DNA of 64,000 bases from a bacterium (GTDB lineage: Bacteria; UBA8248), in contig OZ244799.1 in assembly GCA_965219955.1 (NCBI GenBank), positions 1,024,001 through 1,088,000 of the forward strand, read 5' to 3'. Position numbers and translations under genes: made by a program. Under the pieces are notes generated by a model that was not told the DNA's origin, made no database searches, and worked only from the letters and a program-made list of their open reading frames with translations. Below, piece after piece: positions 41,234 through 50,225 of this stretch (within the stretch, counting starts at the first letter, position 1; the number at the start of each line of letters is the position of its first letter).

Positions 41234-41542
41234 ATGATGATGGTCATTCTACACTATCCCGCCGTCGCGCCCACGCTCGCCGAGGTCCGCGCGGACAAGG
41301 AGCAGGCCGCCGCCTTTTTCGAGAACGAGGTGCCCGGCCTCATCGACAAGACTTGGGGCATGAACGAGGAGACGGGCCGCATGGCGTCGGTCTACCACTT
41401 CGAGGACAAGGCCACCGCCGACGCCTGGTTCAACTCCGAGAAACAGCGCAGCTTCCGCCGGGCGAACAACGCGAGCCTGGAGTACTTCGACGTGGCGGCG
41501 ATCGCGTATACGAAGCCGCTCAGGGAAGAGGCTACTGCGTAG
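41234..41542 (+). CDS. YdhR-like putative monooxygenase (dimeric alpha-beta barrel)
   Basis: PGLIDKTW...VYHFED pattern; GAGGAGG RBS. Confidence 0.7.
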   Translation: MMMVILHYPAVAPTLAEVRADKEQAAAFFENEVPGLIDKTWGMNEETGRMASVYHFEDKATADAWFNSEKQRSFRRANNASLEYFDVAAIAYTKPLREEATA

Positions 41543-41667
41543 GTTCGCAGGGGCGATGGTTTTGTAGGGACAGGCCTCCGTGCCTGTCCGAGGTCGCGAC
41601 ATGTCCCAGCGCGAGAATCGCGCCATGCTAAACGCCACACCCAAGAAATCTAAGACGGAACAATTTG

Positions 41668-42927
41668 ATGATTACACTGATTGAAGCCTTGAATTATCGA
41701 TGCTTGCGGTACGTGTCGAGACCTCTTGAGCCATTTCACGTTCTGGTCGGACCGAACGCCAGCGGCAAGACGACCTTTCTCGACGTCGTCGGATTTCTTC
41801 GGGATCTGGTATCCGGGGGATTGGATGAGGCGTTATCCAGCCGAACCACGAACCCGGAAGAACTCCTCTTTCGGCGTCAGGGCGAGAAGCTGGAACTTGC
41901 AGTTGAAGCCCGCATACCCGATGAGTTGCGCGAGCGAACGGCGAAACCGGAAATGGGCGCGGCGCGCTACGAGGTGGCCATCGGCTTCGATGGAACAAAG
42001 CGCCAGTTCGAGTTCAAGGCCGAGAAATTCTTGCTCAAGAAAACCCGGCTTACAGAGCCTGCCCAGCATTCACTATTCCCCATGCCCGCCGACGCGCCGG
42101 CATCGCTGTTGACAACGAAAGGTAGCCGTAACTACAAAACCGTGGTCAACAAAGTACAGGATGGAAATGACAATTTTTACAGCGAGACCTATCCCCAGGG
42201 GGGAAAGGGTTGGACCCCCTCATTCAAACTTGGGCCGCAAAAATCGGCCCTCGGCAATCTTCCAGCGGATGAAAAATCCCTTCCGGTGGCCTCGTGGTTT
42301 CGAGAATACCTGAAAACCGGCGTACAGCAGTTTGTTCTGAACAGCCTCGCGATCAGACAACCCAGCCCACCGACCCGAGTAACAGGTTTTTTACCCGATG
42401 GATCGAATTTGCCCTGGGTGGTCGCCCGTCTACGGCAAGAGAACAAAGACAGGCATGGTGACTGGATTGCGCACCTTCGGACGGCGCTCGACGATCTCGT
42501 AGATATTACGACCATTGAGCGCCCGGAGGATAAACATTGCTATATGGTCTATGAATATAAGGGTGGTTTGAAAGTGCCTTCGTGGATGGTGTCCGATGGC
42601 ACGCTCCGGCTTACGGCACTGACCTTGCCTGCTTATCTCGACGAGTTGAAAGGGATCTATCTGATCGAAGAACCGGAGAACGGCATCCACCCACGCGCCG
42701 TGGCGACCGTTTATGATTCTCTCTCCTCGGTGTATTCAGCCCAGGTCCTGCTGGCGACTCATTCACCGGTGGTCTTGAGCGAAGCTAAAATTGACGATGT
42801 GCTGTGTTTTGCCAAGGATGGTTCGGGAGCGACGGATATCGTTCTTGGTTCCAAGCATCCCAAACTACAGGAGTGGCACGGAGAAGCCGATCTTGGGACG
42901 TTACTCGCCTCAGGGGTTTTGGGTTGA
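41668..42927 (+). CDS. ABC/AAA_21-type ATPase, resembles MADS defence ATPase Mad3
   Basis: Walker A GPNASGKT, signature SDGT, Walker B/D-loop IEEPENGIHP, H-loop THSP. Confidence 0.8.
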   Translation: MITLIEALNYRCLRYVSRPLEPFHVLVGPNASGKTTFLDVVGFLRDLVSGGLDEALSSRTTNPEELLFRRQGEKLELAVEARIPDELRERTAKPEMGAARYEVAIGFDGTKRQFEFKAEKFLLKKTRLTEPAQHSLFPMPADAPASLLTTKGSRNYKTVVNKVQDGNDNFYSETYPQGGKGWTPSFKLGPQKSALGNLPADEKSLPVASWFREYLKTGVQQFVLNSLAIRQPSPPTRVTGFLPDGSNLPWVVARLRQENKDRHGDWIAHLRTALDDLVDITTIERPEDKHCYMVYEYKGGLKVPSWMVSDGTLRLTALTLPAYLDELKGIYLIEEPENGIHPRAVATVYDSLSSVYSAQVLLATHSPVVLSEAKIDDVLCFAKDGSGATDIVLGSKHPKLQEWHGEADLGTLLASGVLG

Positions 42928-43550
42928 AAGACCTTGTTATTGTCGTCGCCGACAAAAACCTGGAACACGCTCTGAACGGGTTACTTTCCAGGCCGGAAGC
43001 ATTAGGCATTCGAGCCATAGAGGCGGATATCTACCGGCATCCGCAACACGATCCAGGTTGTGCAGTACACGGTGTTGAATTCATTTCCAATTTCGCCAAC
43101 CAGTATCGCCACGGTTTGCTCATGTTCGATCATGAAGGAAGCGGAAAAGAGACGACGACTACGCCTAAAGCGTTGCAAGAAAGCCTTAATGAGAGTTTCG
43201 CCATATCAGCTTGGGGCGAACAAGCCAAGGCCATCGTGCTTGCTCCTGAGCTGGAGGTTTGGATTTGGGGCAATTCTCCGCACGTCGACGAGGTGACGGG
43301 ATGGAGGAACAGGGAACCCGGTCTTCGTCAGTGGTTGGTCGAGCAAGGCTATTTGCAAGAAGGCGAAGTCAAACCCTCGCGACCGAAAGAGGCTTTCGAA
43401 GCAGCCCTGCGGGAAGCGCAAAAACCTCGCAGCGCATCTCTATATCTTCAGATGGCAGAAAGCGTTTCCTTACGTCGATGTACGGATTCGGCCTTCATAG
43501 AGTTGAAAAGCATCCTTAATGATTGGTTTCCCCCCGAAAGTGAAGTGTAG
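42924..43550 (+). CDS. ATPase-associated TOPRIM-like protein, resembles MADS Mad4
   Basis: TTG start overlaps the ATPase stop; DLVIVVAD, HDPG, FDHEG, PELEVW, RPKE. Confidence 0.65.
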   Translation: MKDLVIVVADKNLEHALNGLLSRPEALGIRAIEADIYRHPQHDPGCAVHGVEFISNFANQYRHGLLMFDHEGSGKETTTTPKALQESLNESFAISAWGEQAKAIVLAPELEVWIWGNSPHVDEVTGWRNREPGLRQWLVEQGYLQEGEVKPSRPKEAFEAALREAQKPRSASLYLQMAESVSLRRCTDSAFIELKSILNDWFPPESEV

Positions 43551-43691
43551 CGTATCATTCATCCGTGGCGGCGGTCGCGTATACGAAGCCGCTGCGGGAG
43601 GAGGCGACGGCGTAGTTTTGTAGGGGCGGGGATGTGGTAGGGACAGGCCCCTGTGCCTGCCCGAGGTCGCTGTCCCGATTGATAATGCCTT

Positions 43692-45435
43692 CGTAGGGGC
43701 GGACCCGTGTGTCCGCCCTGTTTGTTGGGAGGCCGTTGCGAAGATGAAATGTTTATTGAGCGTAACCAATGAATGACTGTAGATGTTGCATACCGCTAAA
43801 ATAGGGGCAAATTAAAAAAAGTCATTCGAATCAAACTGTCTCGATTCGATTGGAAGAATAATCTTGTTCCTGTCTTTACCCTCTTCTTTGATCTGTTCTT
43901 CTCTGTGCATTGCCAAAGACAAGTAAACTAGCGCTTCCCTCGCTATTCGGAGCATTCGTAAAGTATTATCAATAAAAGCATCAAGGGGAACAAAACCATG
44001 CAACTCTGTCCCCGACATAGCTTGGCTGTAGAATTGGAGGTTCAGAAACCTATGCTCCGCACGATTTCGGAGATCGGATAACTGTGTGGCGTCGGGTTCT
44101 GCCACGTCGTTGAATTCAATTTCAAACAAATCCTTGGAAAGGAAATAGAGCCCACGAAGAAGCCAGTTCTGGTTTCCTTGAAAGATCTGCCTGAGTTGAT
44201 AACTTGTTGTACCATGTGGCTTCTCGCACCATATGTTTCTAAAGTTGACTCCTTTAGGATTGAGTCCAATAGAATAATAGTCGTTCAAGAACAAGGCTAT
44301 CTTGTCAAGAATTGCGTATGCTGCCCGGAAAGATGATTTCAATTCCTCGGTATGGTGGCCATATATATTTCCATCCGCCAAATCATACAAACTAATGTCA
44401 CGATTCACGAAGCGGTCATTGGTTTGATTTATTGCGCTGAAATAGCGATATCGAGAGCTTACAAATTCCTGCTTTAGAATGTTGTAATATTCTACAAAGC
44501 GTGGGGCTTCATCAATTTGGTATTTGTGATTTGGAAGATGAAGAATATCTCTTGCGGCTACAGAAAGTTTAAGTACATCATTTAATGGATTCAAAAACAG
44601 TTTCTCATCAAGGCACCAGCGGCGGAAATGTCGCTCTTTCTCACTATTGCCCAGCGACCATTGGTTCAAATCAAAATTGTCATCAAACTTGCAGTCTTTT
44701 AGGAAATTATCAATTTCTTTCCTGCTGTCTTGGAAGAGTGGCTTGAAATTTGAATGTTCAAATTCGTCCCATACCGCTTTTTGAGAGAGGGCGGCATCAT
44801 AACCAGAGCGAGCGGCGCCCAGCATGATTGGTTTATGGCCGGGATCATAAAGGGCCCCAGCATAATGGGAAATGGAACGGGCTTGATTACCGAGTGCCAT
44901 TGCGAAATTAGGATTTTGCTTTAAAACCGTATTCCATTGCTCGATAGCTGCGATTGGTCGTCCAAGATTATTAAGCCTATTACCGAGATTCGTGCGTATT
45001 CTGTACTGAAAGATGGCATCCACCTTGCCAAAAGCGGATTCTTTGATTGCTTGTCTAAGCGCGAGAATTTCAGCGATATTCTCAGGCTGATTCCAACCCC
45101 AAGCATAATCTGTGCCAGTCGAGCGAACAGCAAATATGCCAGCGTATGAATTAGCTTCGTAATAGCGTAGTATTACTCGCTGCTCGTCTGTGGCGACTTC
45201 TAATTTGTCTCGGCATTCTTGAGCTAATACCGCCAATGTTTTTTCGTCTTTGGCATCACATGCTGCATCAATTTGCTTACCAAGATTGAACGGGTCATCC
45301 ATTCGATTAACTCTGAAAACGGGTGGTCAAAAAGGCGGGCGAAAACACATGGGATGGTATAACGACGGCGAGAGATTTCGTCAAACATATTGTGTGCGTA
45401 AGTCGATTGGGCGGACACACGGGTCCGCCCCTACG
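43692..45435. mobile_element. perfect inverted 27-bp GTAG-REP pair enclosing the HEPN gene
   Basis: CGTAGGGGCGGACCCGTGTGTCCGCCC at 43692-43718; exact reverse complement at 45409-45435. Confidence 0.7.
43812..45302 (-). CDS. TPR plus LA2681-family HEPN domain protein
   Basis: TPR-like NLGNRL...PNFAMALGN, LFLNPLND, LDKIA, HEPN motif RNRAEH (Rx4H); strongly AT-rich. Confidence 0.82.
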   Translation of the reverse strand: MDDPFNLGKQIDAACDAKDEKTLAVLAQECRDKLEVATDEQRVILRYYEANSYAGIFAVRSTGTDYAWGWNQPENIAEILALRQAIKESAFGKVDAIFQYRIRTNLGNRLNNLGRPIAAIEQWNTVLKQNPNFAMALGNQARSISHYAGALYDPGHKPIMLGAARSGYDAALSQKAVWDEFEHSNFKPLFQDSRKEIDNFLKDCKFDDNFDLNQWSLGNSEKERHFRRWCLDEKLFLNPLNDVLKLSVAARDILHLPNHKYQIDEAPRFVEYYNILKQEFVSSRYRYFSAINQTNDRFVNRDISLYDLADGNIYGHHTEELKSSFRAAYAILDKIALFLNDYYSIGLNPKGVNFRNIWCEKPHGTTSYQLRQIFQGNQNWLLRGLYFLSKDLFEIEFNDVAEPDATQLSDLRNRAEHRFLNLQFYSQAMSGTELHGFVPLDAFIDNTLRMLRIAREALVYLSLAMHREEQIKEEGKDRNKIILPIESRQFDSNDFF

Positions 45436-45472
45436 GAAGCACTGCGATAGGGGGTTCACTCCCCCCTTGAGA

Positions 45473-45666
45473 GGGCTGTTGAAAAAGCCCTGTATGCGTC
45501 CCCTGGAAACCGCCGACGCCTCTTTCCTCACCCTGAGTAGCCGCCGAAGGCGGCGTATCGAAGGGCGAGGGGGCTCGCGCCGTGGCGAGAGGGCATCCTT
45601 CGATACGCGGCTTCGCCGCTACTCAGGATGAGGCAGTGTGGTTTTGTTCGTCATTCCGGCGAAAGC
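45473..45666. repeat. IS-type end plus CCTGAG doublet module, near-identical to 60637-60800
   Basis: Shared TGTATGCGTCC.CTGGAAACCGCCGACGCCTCTTTCCTCACCCTGAGTAGCCGCC...GGCATCCTTCGATAC; ends in a truncated GTCATTCC REP. Confidence 0.8.
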
Positions 45667-45682
45667 CCCGGCGGCACCTCGT

Positions 45683-45973
45683 TTACGCCCGTTTCGAGGC
45701 CTTCGTGGCGTGTTCGCGGAGCACGCGGTTCATCTCGGTCTGGTATCCCCGACCGTTTGGGGCGTTCGACCGGAACCAGGCCACCACGTCGGCGTCGAGC
45801 CTGAGTGTGATCTGCCGCTTCACGGGCCGGTAGAGGAGGCCGCGCCTCGCTTCCGACCAATCCAGAATTTCAGGAATGTCGCTCGTATCGATCGCCTCAT
45901 CAGAAAGGCCCGCGAGCGCCTCGATTTCCGCCTTCTGCTTCCCTGTGAGTTTTTTAGAAATCGCCTTGCTCAT
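45683..45973 (-). CDS. brnA: BrnA family antitoxin
   Basis: IDTSDIPE, RPVKRQITLRLDADVVAWF, GYQT..N..L. Confidence 0.9.
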   Translation of the reverse strand: MSKAISKKLTGKQKAEIEALAGLSDEAIDTSDIPEILDWSEARRGLLYRPVKRQITLRLDADVVAWFRSNAPNGRGYQTEMNRVLREHATKASKRA

Positions 45974-46277
45974 AAGCTCTCCTCTCTCGCGCCGTGGCTT
46001 TTCTGGCGCTGATGATGCGGCCCGTCTCGGCGCCGGTTTCGCCCTGCGCTTGAGGCCATGTGTGCGCCACGATGACGACCACGCCCCCGATCATCCCGAT
46101 GGTGTGCCACCGCTCCTCGTTCGGGTTCGGGCGGTGGGCCATGAGCGGATCGTCGAACACAAGCCTTGCCGTCTCGAAGCCGAGGCCATGCTTGCGCCTG
46201 TTCGCGCGATTCTTGTCGTCATCCCATTCCCAGCGCAACGAACCGGCTCTTTTGTCGTTATGATATTGTAGTGACAT
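45954..46277 (-). CDS. brnT: BrnT family ribonuclease toxin
   Basis: EWDDDK...N..KHG..F, E.R...IG, RIISARKA; true start may be TTG at 46238. Confidence 0.9.
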   Translation of the reverse strand: MSLQYHNDKRAGSLRWEWDDDKNRANRRKHGLGFETARLVFDDPLMAHRPNPNEERWHTIGMIGGVVVIVAHTWPQAQGETGAETGRIISARKATARERRAYEQGDF

Positions 46278-46317
46278 AAATGTATTTCGTCAAGCAAGCG
46301 AATTTCGGCATGAATCT

Positions 46318-46655
46318 GTAGGGACAGGTCGCGACCTGTCCCTGCGAAATCATAACTCTTCCTTAACTTACCGGACGAGAATGACCAACTAACTAAAGAC
46401 GGGCGGACACTTAGGTCCGCCCCTACAGCGGGCCTTTTTCATACCGCGCAGGTGGCCACAAAGCCTCATCCTGAGTAGGCGCGCAAGCGCCGTATCGAAG
46501 GATGGGGAGGTGTCACCCGCCGAGCGAGAGCAATCGCTTCCGCATTGGGCGCGATTGTCCTTCGATACGCCGCCTTCGGCGGCTACTCAGGATGAGGAAG
46601 GTGGGGGGCGGAGCCTGCCCCGAGCGAAGTCGAGGGGCCGCTACTCAGGATGAGG
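46318..46655. repeat. REP cluster: GTAG doublet and CCTGAG group
   Basis: GTAG REPs at 46318-46345 and inverted 46401-46426; CATCCTGAGTAG family at 46464-46655. Confidence 0.8.
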
Positions 46656-46691
46656 AAGACGGGGAGGCTCGATTACAGGGAGAACCCACCG

Positions 46692-47426
46692 TCAATAACC
46701 CAAGACGCTGTAATCGCCGTCCAGGATCAGGCGGATGGAGACGTACAGCCCCAGCAGCGGGCACAGTATCCAGGGGGCATTCATCGCAAGGATGTAGATA
46801 TACAGTTCGCCCCGGCTGATCCGGGCTTGCCGGTCGGCTACGAAGAAGCTGACCAGGTAGACCGACGTCATGTACGTCAATTGCCAGAACAGCATTGCGC
46901 CGATGACCCCCGCAGCGAGGGCGGGCAACATATCGAACGTATAGGCGGCGTAGAGGATCAGCGTCGGGACCGGCGTCGCGAAGCCGTTCGCGATATCCAC
47001 GTTGAAACCGTAAGTGCGCCGGTCCGCGTAGGAGCCGTCGAACTGTGCGTACGTCGCCCAGATATCCGCCCACACCGTCGGCGACAGCGCCTTCGCAAGC
47101 GGAACTTTCGTGAGGAGGAATTCGACGGCCGGTGTTCCGCCCGCCTCGTCCCGGCGCTCGCGCCAGTACACGGTGCGCGCCTCGATGTAGTCGCGTCTTA
47201 AGAACAGGCACGCCTCGAAATAGCAGATCAGCAGATTGGTCGAAAAGAACAGGCTCAAAACGGCGTGAATGACGTCGAAATCCCCGCGAGCGAAGTAGCG
47301 GCCGCCGACCCCGGCGAATGCCAGTGTCGCGACGAGCAGCGCGGCGAGCAGTCCCGCCGGCATCCCCAGCCGGCTCAGGCGCGCGCCGCGTTCTGGGTGC
47401 GCTGGGTCGGTTCGGTATTCGGGCAT
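46692..47426 (-). CDS. membrane protein, EXPERA/emopamil-binding-like
   Basis: Multiple TM helices; W..Y...D..Y and MNAPWILCP resemble EBP-family motifs. Confidence 0.55.
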   Translation of the reverse strand: MPEYRTDPAHPERGARLSRLGMPAGLLAALLVATLAFAGVGGRYFARGDFDVIHAVLSLFFSTNLLICYFEACLFLRRDYIEARTVYWRERRDEAGGTPAVEFLLTKVPLAKALSPTVWADIWATYAQFDGSYADRRTYGFNVDIANGFATPVPTLILYAAYTFDMLPALAAGVIGAMLFWQLTYMTSVYLVSFFVADRQARISRGELYIYILAMNAPWILCPLLGLYVSIRLILDGDYSVLGY

Positions 47427-47528
47427 GTATCTTGATCCTCGCAGGGAGTCCAGCGTCACAACTCCCTGCATTGTAATCGATCGATGCCCCCCCGCAATCC
47501 GCACCGGTGGGTCAAACCCGATCGAAGA

Positions 47529-47748
47529 GGGGTTGTTGAAAAGTCCCGTGGAGCGATTTTGGCTGATCGCATGCTTTTGAAGTTCACTCCCCCCTTGAGG
47601 GGGAGTCGATGAAGCCGAGCGGTTTGTGCGAAGGCTGAATCGGTGGGGGGTAAAATGCGTTTTATCGCCATTCCGAATTATACCCCCACCGGTTCGCTTG
47701 CGGGCTTACGCCCTTACCTCACCGACTCCCCCTCAAGGGGGGAGTGAA
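47529..47748. repeat. IS-type end plus CACTCCCCCCTTGAGGGGGAGT REP doublet
   Basis: GGGGTTGTTGAAAA at 47529; inverted arms 47583-47608 and 47722-47748. Confidence 0.75.
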
Positions 47749-47832
47749 TCTCATCTTGCTCGCTCGCCTTTATTCACTAGCACCCGCCCAGCCTCTCGCG
47801 ATATAAAGATCGAAGCCGCCGGGAGGAAGATC

Positions 47833-48996
47833 ATGAAAATTTTATGGAAGAATGCAATGCTTGCCCTCGGGTCAAAGAGGTGTGCCGCGGCCCTGCCATT
47901 GCTCCTCGCTTTGCTGCTCTCCGCACTTACCGCCACTCCCGGGTGGGCGGCGGTGCGCCAGACACTGAGCGGCCCGGTTTCTGTCGAGCAGGTGGCTGGG
48001 GACCTCGATACCCCCTGGGGGATTGCGTTCCTGCCGGGCGGGGCGTTTCTCGTCACCGAGCGTGGCGGCTCGCTTTTTCATTTTGACTCTGTGCGTCGCA
48101 GGATTAAAGTATCAGGCGTCCCGCAAGTCTACGCTTGGGGGCAGGGCGGGCTGATGGACGTCGCCGCCGCGCGGGATTTCCCCGAAACGCGCGAGATTTT
48201 CCTCACCTACTCGAAACCCCGCCGAGGCGGCGGAGGCACGGCACTGGCCGTCGCCGCCCTTTCTGCCGACAACCGGAAGCTCGAGAACCTGCGCGTCATC
48301 TTCGAGATGGCGTCGCCTTCCTCCGGAGGCCGGCATTTCGGCTCGCGGGTCATCGAGGCGCCCGATGGCACGCTCTTTCTCACCCTGGGCGAGCGGGGCG
48401 ACCCCGACAAGTCGCAGGACCTCTCGCTCCACCACGGCAAGATAATCCGCATCCGGCGCGACGGGAGCGTTCCGCCTGACAACCCGTTCGTCGGGCGGGC
48501 GGGGACGCGTCCTGAAATCTGGTCGTGGGGACACAGGAACCCGCAGGGCGCCGCGCTCGATGCGGCGGGCGCGCTCTGGGCCGTCGAGCACGGCGCGCGG
48601 GGCGGGGACGAGATAAACCGGGTGAGGCGAGGGCGCAACTACGGGTGGCCCGTCATCGCCTACGGGCGGCACTACTGGGGCGGGAAGATAGGCGAGGGCA
48701 CTGCGAAAGAGGGCATGGAGCAGCCCGATTTCTACTGGGACCCCTCCATCGCGCCCTGCGGGATGGCGATCTATTCAGGAAAGCTGTGGCCGGCCTGGCG
48801 CGGGCATTTTTTCGTCTCCTCGCTGAAATACGACCATATCTCAAGGCTGGACCCCAAAGGCGGTCTCAGGGAAGTGGAGCGACTGGCTTTCCCCGAGACG
48901 GGCCGCGTGCGCGACGTCCAGGAAGCGCCCGACGGCTCAATTTGGTTCCTGTCCGAGGAGAGGGAGGCGGTCTACAGGATCAGGCCCCTTCGGTAG
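47833..48996 (+). CDS. PQQ-dependent sugar dehydrogenase (YliI/GSDH family)
   Basis: PWGIAFLP, LVTERGG, GQGGLMD, HFGSR, GHRNPQG, GGDEIN, NYGWP. Confidence 0.93.
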   Translation: MKILWKNAMLALGSKRCAAALPLLLALLLSALTATPGWAAVRQTLSGPVSVEQVAGDLDTPWGIAFLPGGAFLVTERGGSLFHFDSVRRRIKVSGVPQVYAWGQGGLMDVAAARDFPETREIFLTYSKPRRGGGGTALAVAALSADNRKLENLRVIFEMASPSSGGRHFGSRVIEAPDGTLFLTLGERGDPDKSQDLSLHHGKIIRIRRDGSVPPDNPFVGRAGTRPEIWSWGHRNPQGAALDAAGALWAVEHGARGGDEINRVRRGRNYGWPVIAYGRHYWGGKIGEGTAKEGMEQPDFYWDPSIAPCGMAIYSGKLWPAWRGHFFVSSLKYDHISRLDPKGGLREVERLAFPETGRVRDVQEAPDGSIWFLSEEREAVYRIRPLR

Positions 48997-49004
48997 ATGC
49001 CTGC

Positions 49005-49478
49005 TCATTTCTTCGGTTTCATTCCGTGGCCCCCATGCTTCATGGCCTTGCCTTTGCCGCCATGGGACATGCCGGATTTGTGCCCGCCGTGGCCTTTCAT
49101 TCCGCCGAAATGGAGTTTCTTGATCAGGCGGTCCCGGCCCGGCTTGGTGAAATCCAGCTTGAGCGCCCACTCTCCCGTCATTTCGAGGTGAACCCGCGCC
49201 CGGTAGGTTCCGGGGGTTCCGCCCGGTTCCGCGGGCGCCGGACGCACGTTGTGGGCGCCGGGCATGGACGGCATATCGGCGCCGACCGTGAACTCGGCGC
49301 CTGCGACCGGCATGCCGCTCTTCTTGCCCTTGAGGGAGATCATGCAGTCGTAGACCAGCTTCTTCTCCGCCGGTTTGCACTTCACCTCGGCCACCTTTCG
49401 CTCGCCCGCCGCCGCCGGAACCGCCACCAGCCAAATTCCACCGACAACTAACACGATAAACAAACGGGGCTTAAACAT
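49005..49478 (-). CDS. exported YtkA/FixH-like protein with His/Met-rich tail
   Basis: Signal peptide, ADMPSM..AH, G.Y...M.GEW, tail rich in GGH/GM. Confidence 0.7.
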   Translation of the reverse strand: MFKPRLFIVLVVGGIWLVAVPAAAGERKVAEVKCKPAEKKLVYDCMISLKGKKSGMPVAGAEFTVGADMPSMPGAHNVRPAPAEPGGTPGTYRARVHLEMTGEWALKLDFTKPGRDRLIKKLHFGGMKGHGGHKSGMSHGGKGKAMKHGGHGMKPKK

Positions 49479-49493
49479 GGTTGACCCTCCTTC

Positions 49494-50225
49494 CTAGTTT
49501 GGGCTTGATGATTCAGGCGCGGGTATGCCCAGGTAATTCGACACGAGCCGCTCGTCCGACATCAGTTCCGCCGCAGTGCCGTGGAGCGTAATCCGTCCGC
49601 TTTCGAGAACGTAAGCCCGGTCGGCGAGCGCCAGAGTCCGCCGGACGTTCTGTTCGACGAGGAGGATGGTGATCCCCTCCTCGCGCAGCCGGGAGATCAG
49701 TCCGAAAACCTCCTCCGCCAGCCTGGGCGACAGGCCGAGCGAGGGTTCGTCCAGCAGCAGCATCCGGGGTTTGGACTCGAGCCCGCGGGCGAGCGCCAGC
49801 ATCTGCGCTTCGCCGCCGCTCAGGCCGGCGGCCGGACTGTCCAGTTTGTCCGCAAGGGCGGGGAACAGGCGCTGCAGGCCCGGGCGGCCGCGGCGCCGCA
49901 ACACGAACCGGCCGCTCTGATGGGCGGCGACCTGGAGGTTTTCCTCCACGCTCAAGGTTCCGAAGATCATCCGCCCCTCCGGAACCTGCACGATGCCGCG
50001 GGCGACGACGGCGTGCGACGGCAGGCCGCCGATCGACTCCCCCTCGAAGAGGATCTCGCCCTTCTCCGGCGGCACGATGCCCGAGACCGCATTGAGGACC
50101 GACGTCTTGCCGGCGCCGTTTGCGCCGATGATGGAAACGATCTCTCCGGGCCGGACTTCCAAGGACACCGCATCGACCGCGCGGATACCGCCGTAGGAGA
50201 CGCCCAGCCCGCGCACTTCAAGCAT
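49494..50225 (-). CDS. HAAT ABC ATP-binding protein (LivF-like), set 2
   Basis: GANGAGKT, VPEGR, LSGGEAQ, DEPSLGL, VEQN. Confidence 0.92.
   Translation of the reverse strand: MLEVRGLGVSYGGIRAVDAVSLEVRPGEIVSIIGANGAGKTSVLNAVSGIVPPEKGEILFEGESIGGLPSHAVVARGIVQVPEGRMIFGTLSVEENLQVAAHQSGRFVLRRRGRPGLQRLFPALADKLDSPAAGLSGGEAQMLALARGLESKPRMLLLDEPSLGLSPRLAEEVFGLISRLREEGITILLVEQNVRRTLALADRAYVLESGRITLHGTAAELMSDERLVSNYLGIPAPESSSPN

Larger units (their letters stand above)
41491..43676 (+). mobile_element. integrase-less islet bounded by about 115-bp imperfect direct repeats (ydhR-like 3' end plus REP)
   Basis: 41491-41542 and 43564-43615 match at 46 of 52 bp; homology continues through the GTAG REP (41564-41589 vs 43637-43662). 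Confidence 0.8.

Noticed and set aside
41491-43615. Duplicated gene end as a DGR TR/VR pair
   Set aside because: Mismatches are not restricted to adenines, are mostly synonymous, and there is no reverse transcriptase nearby.
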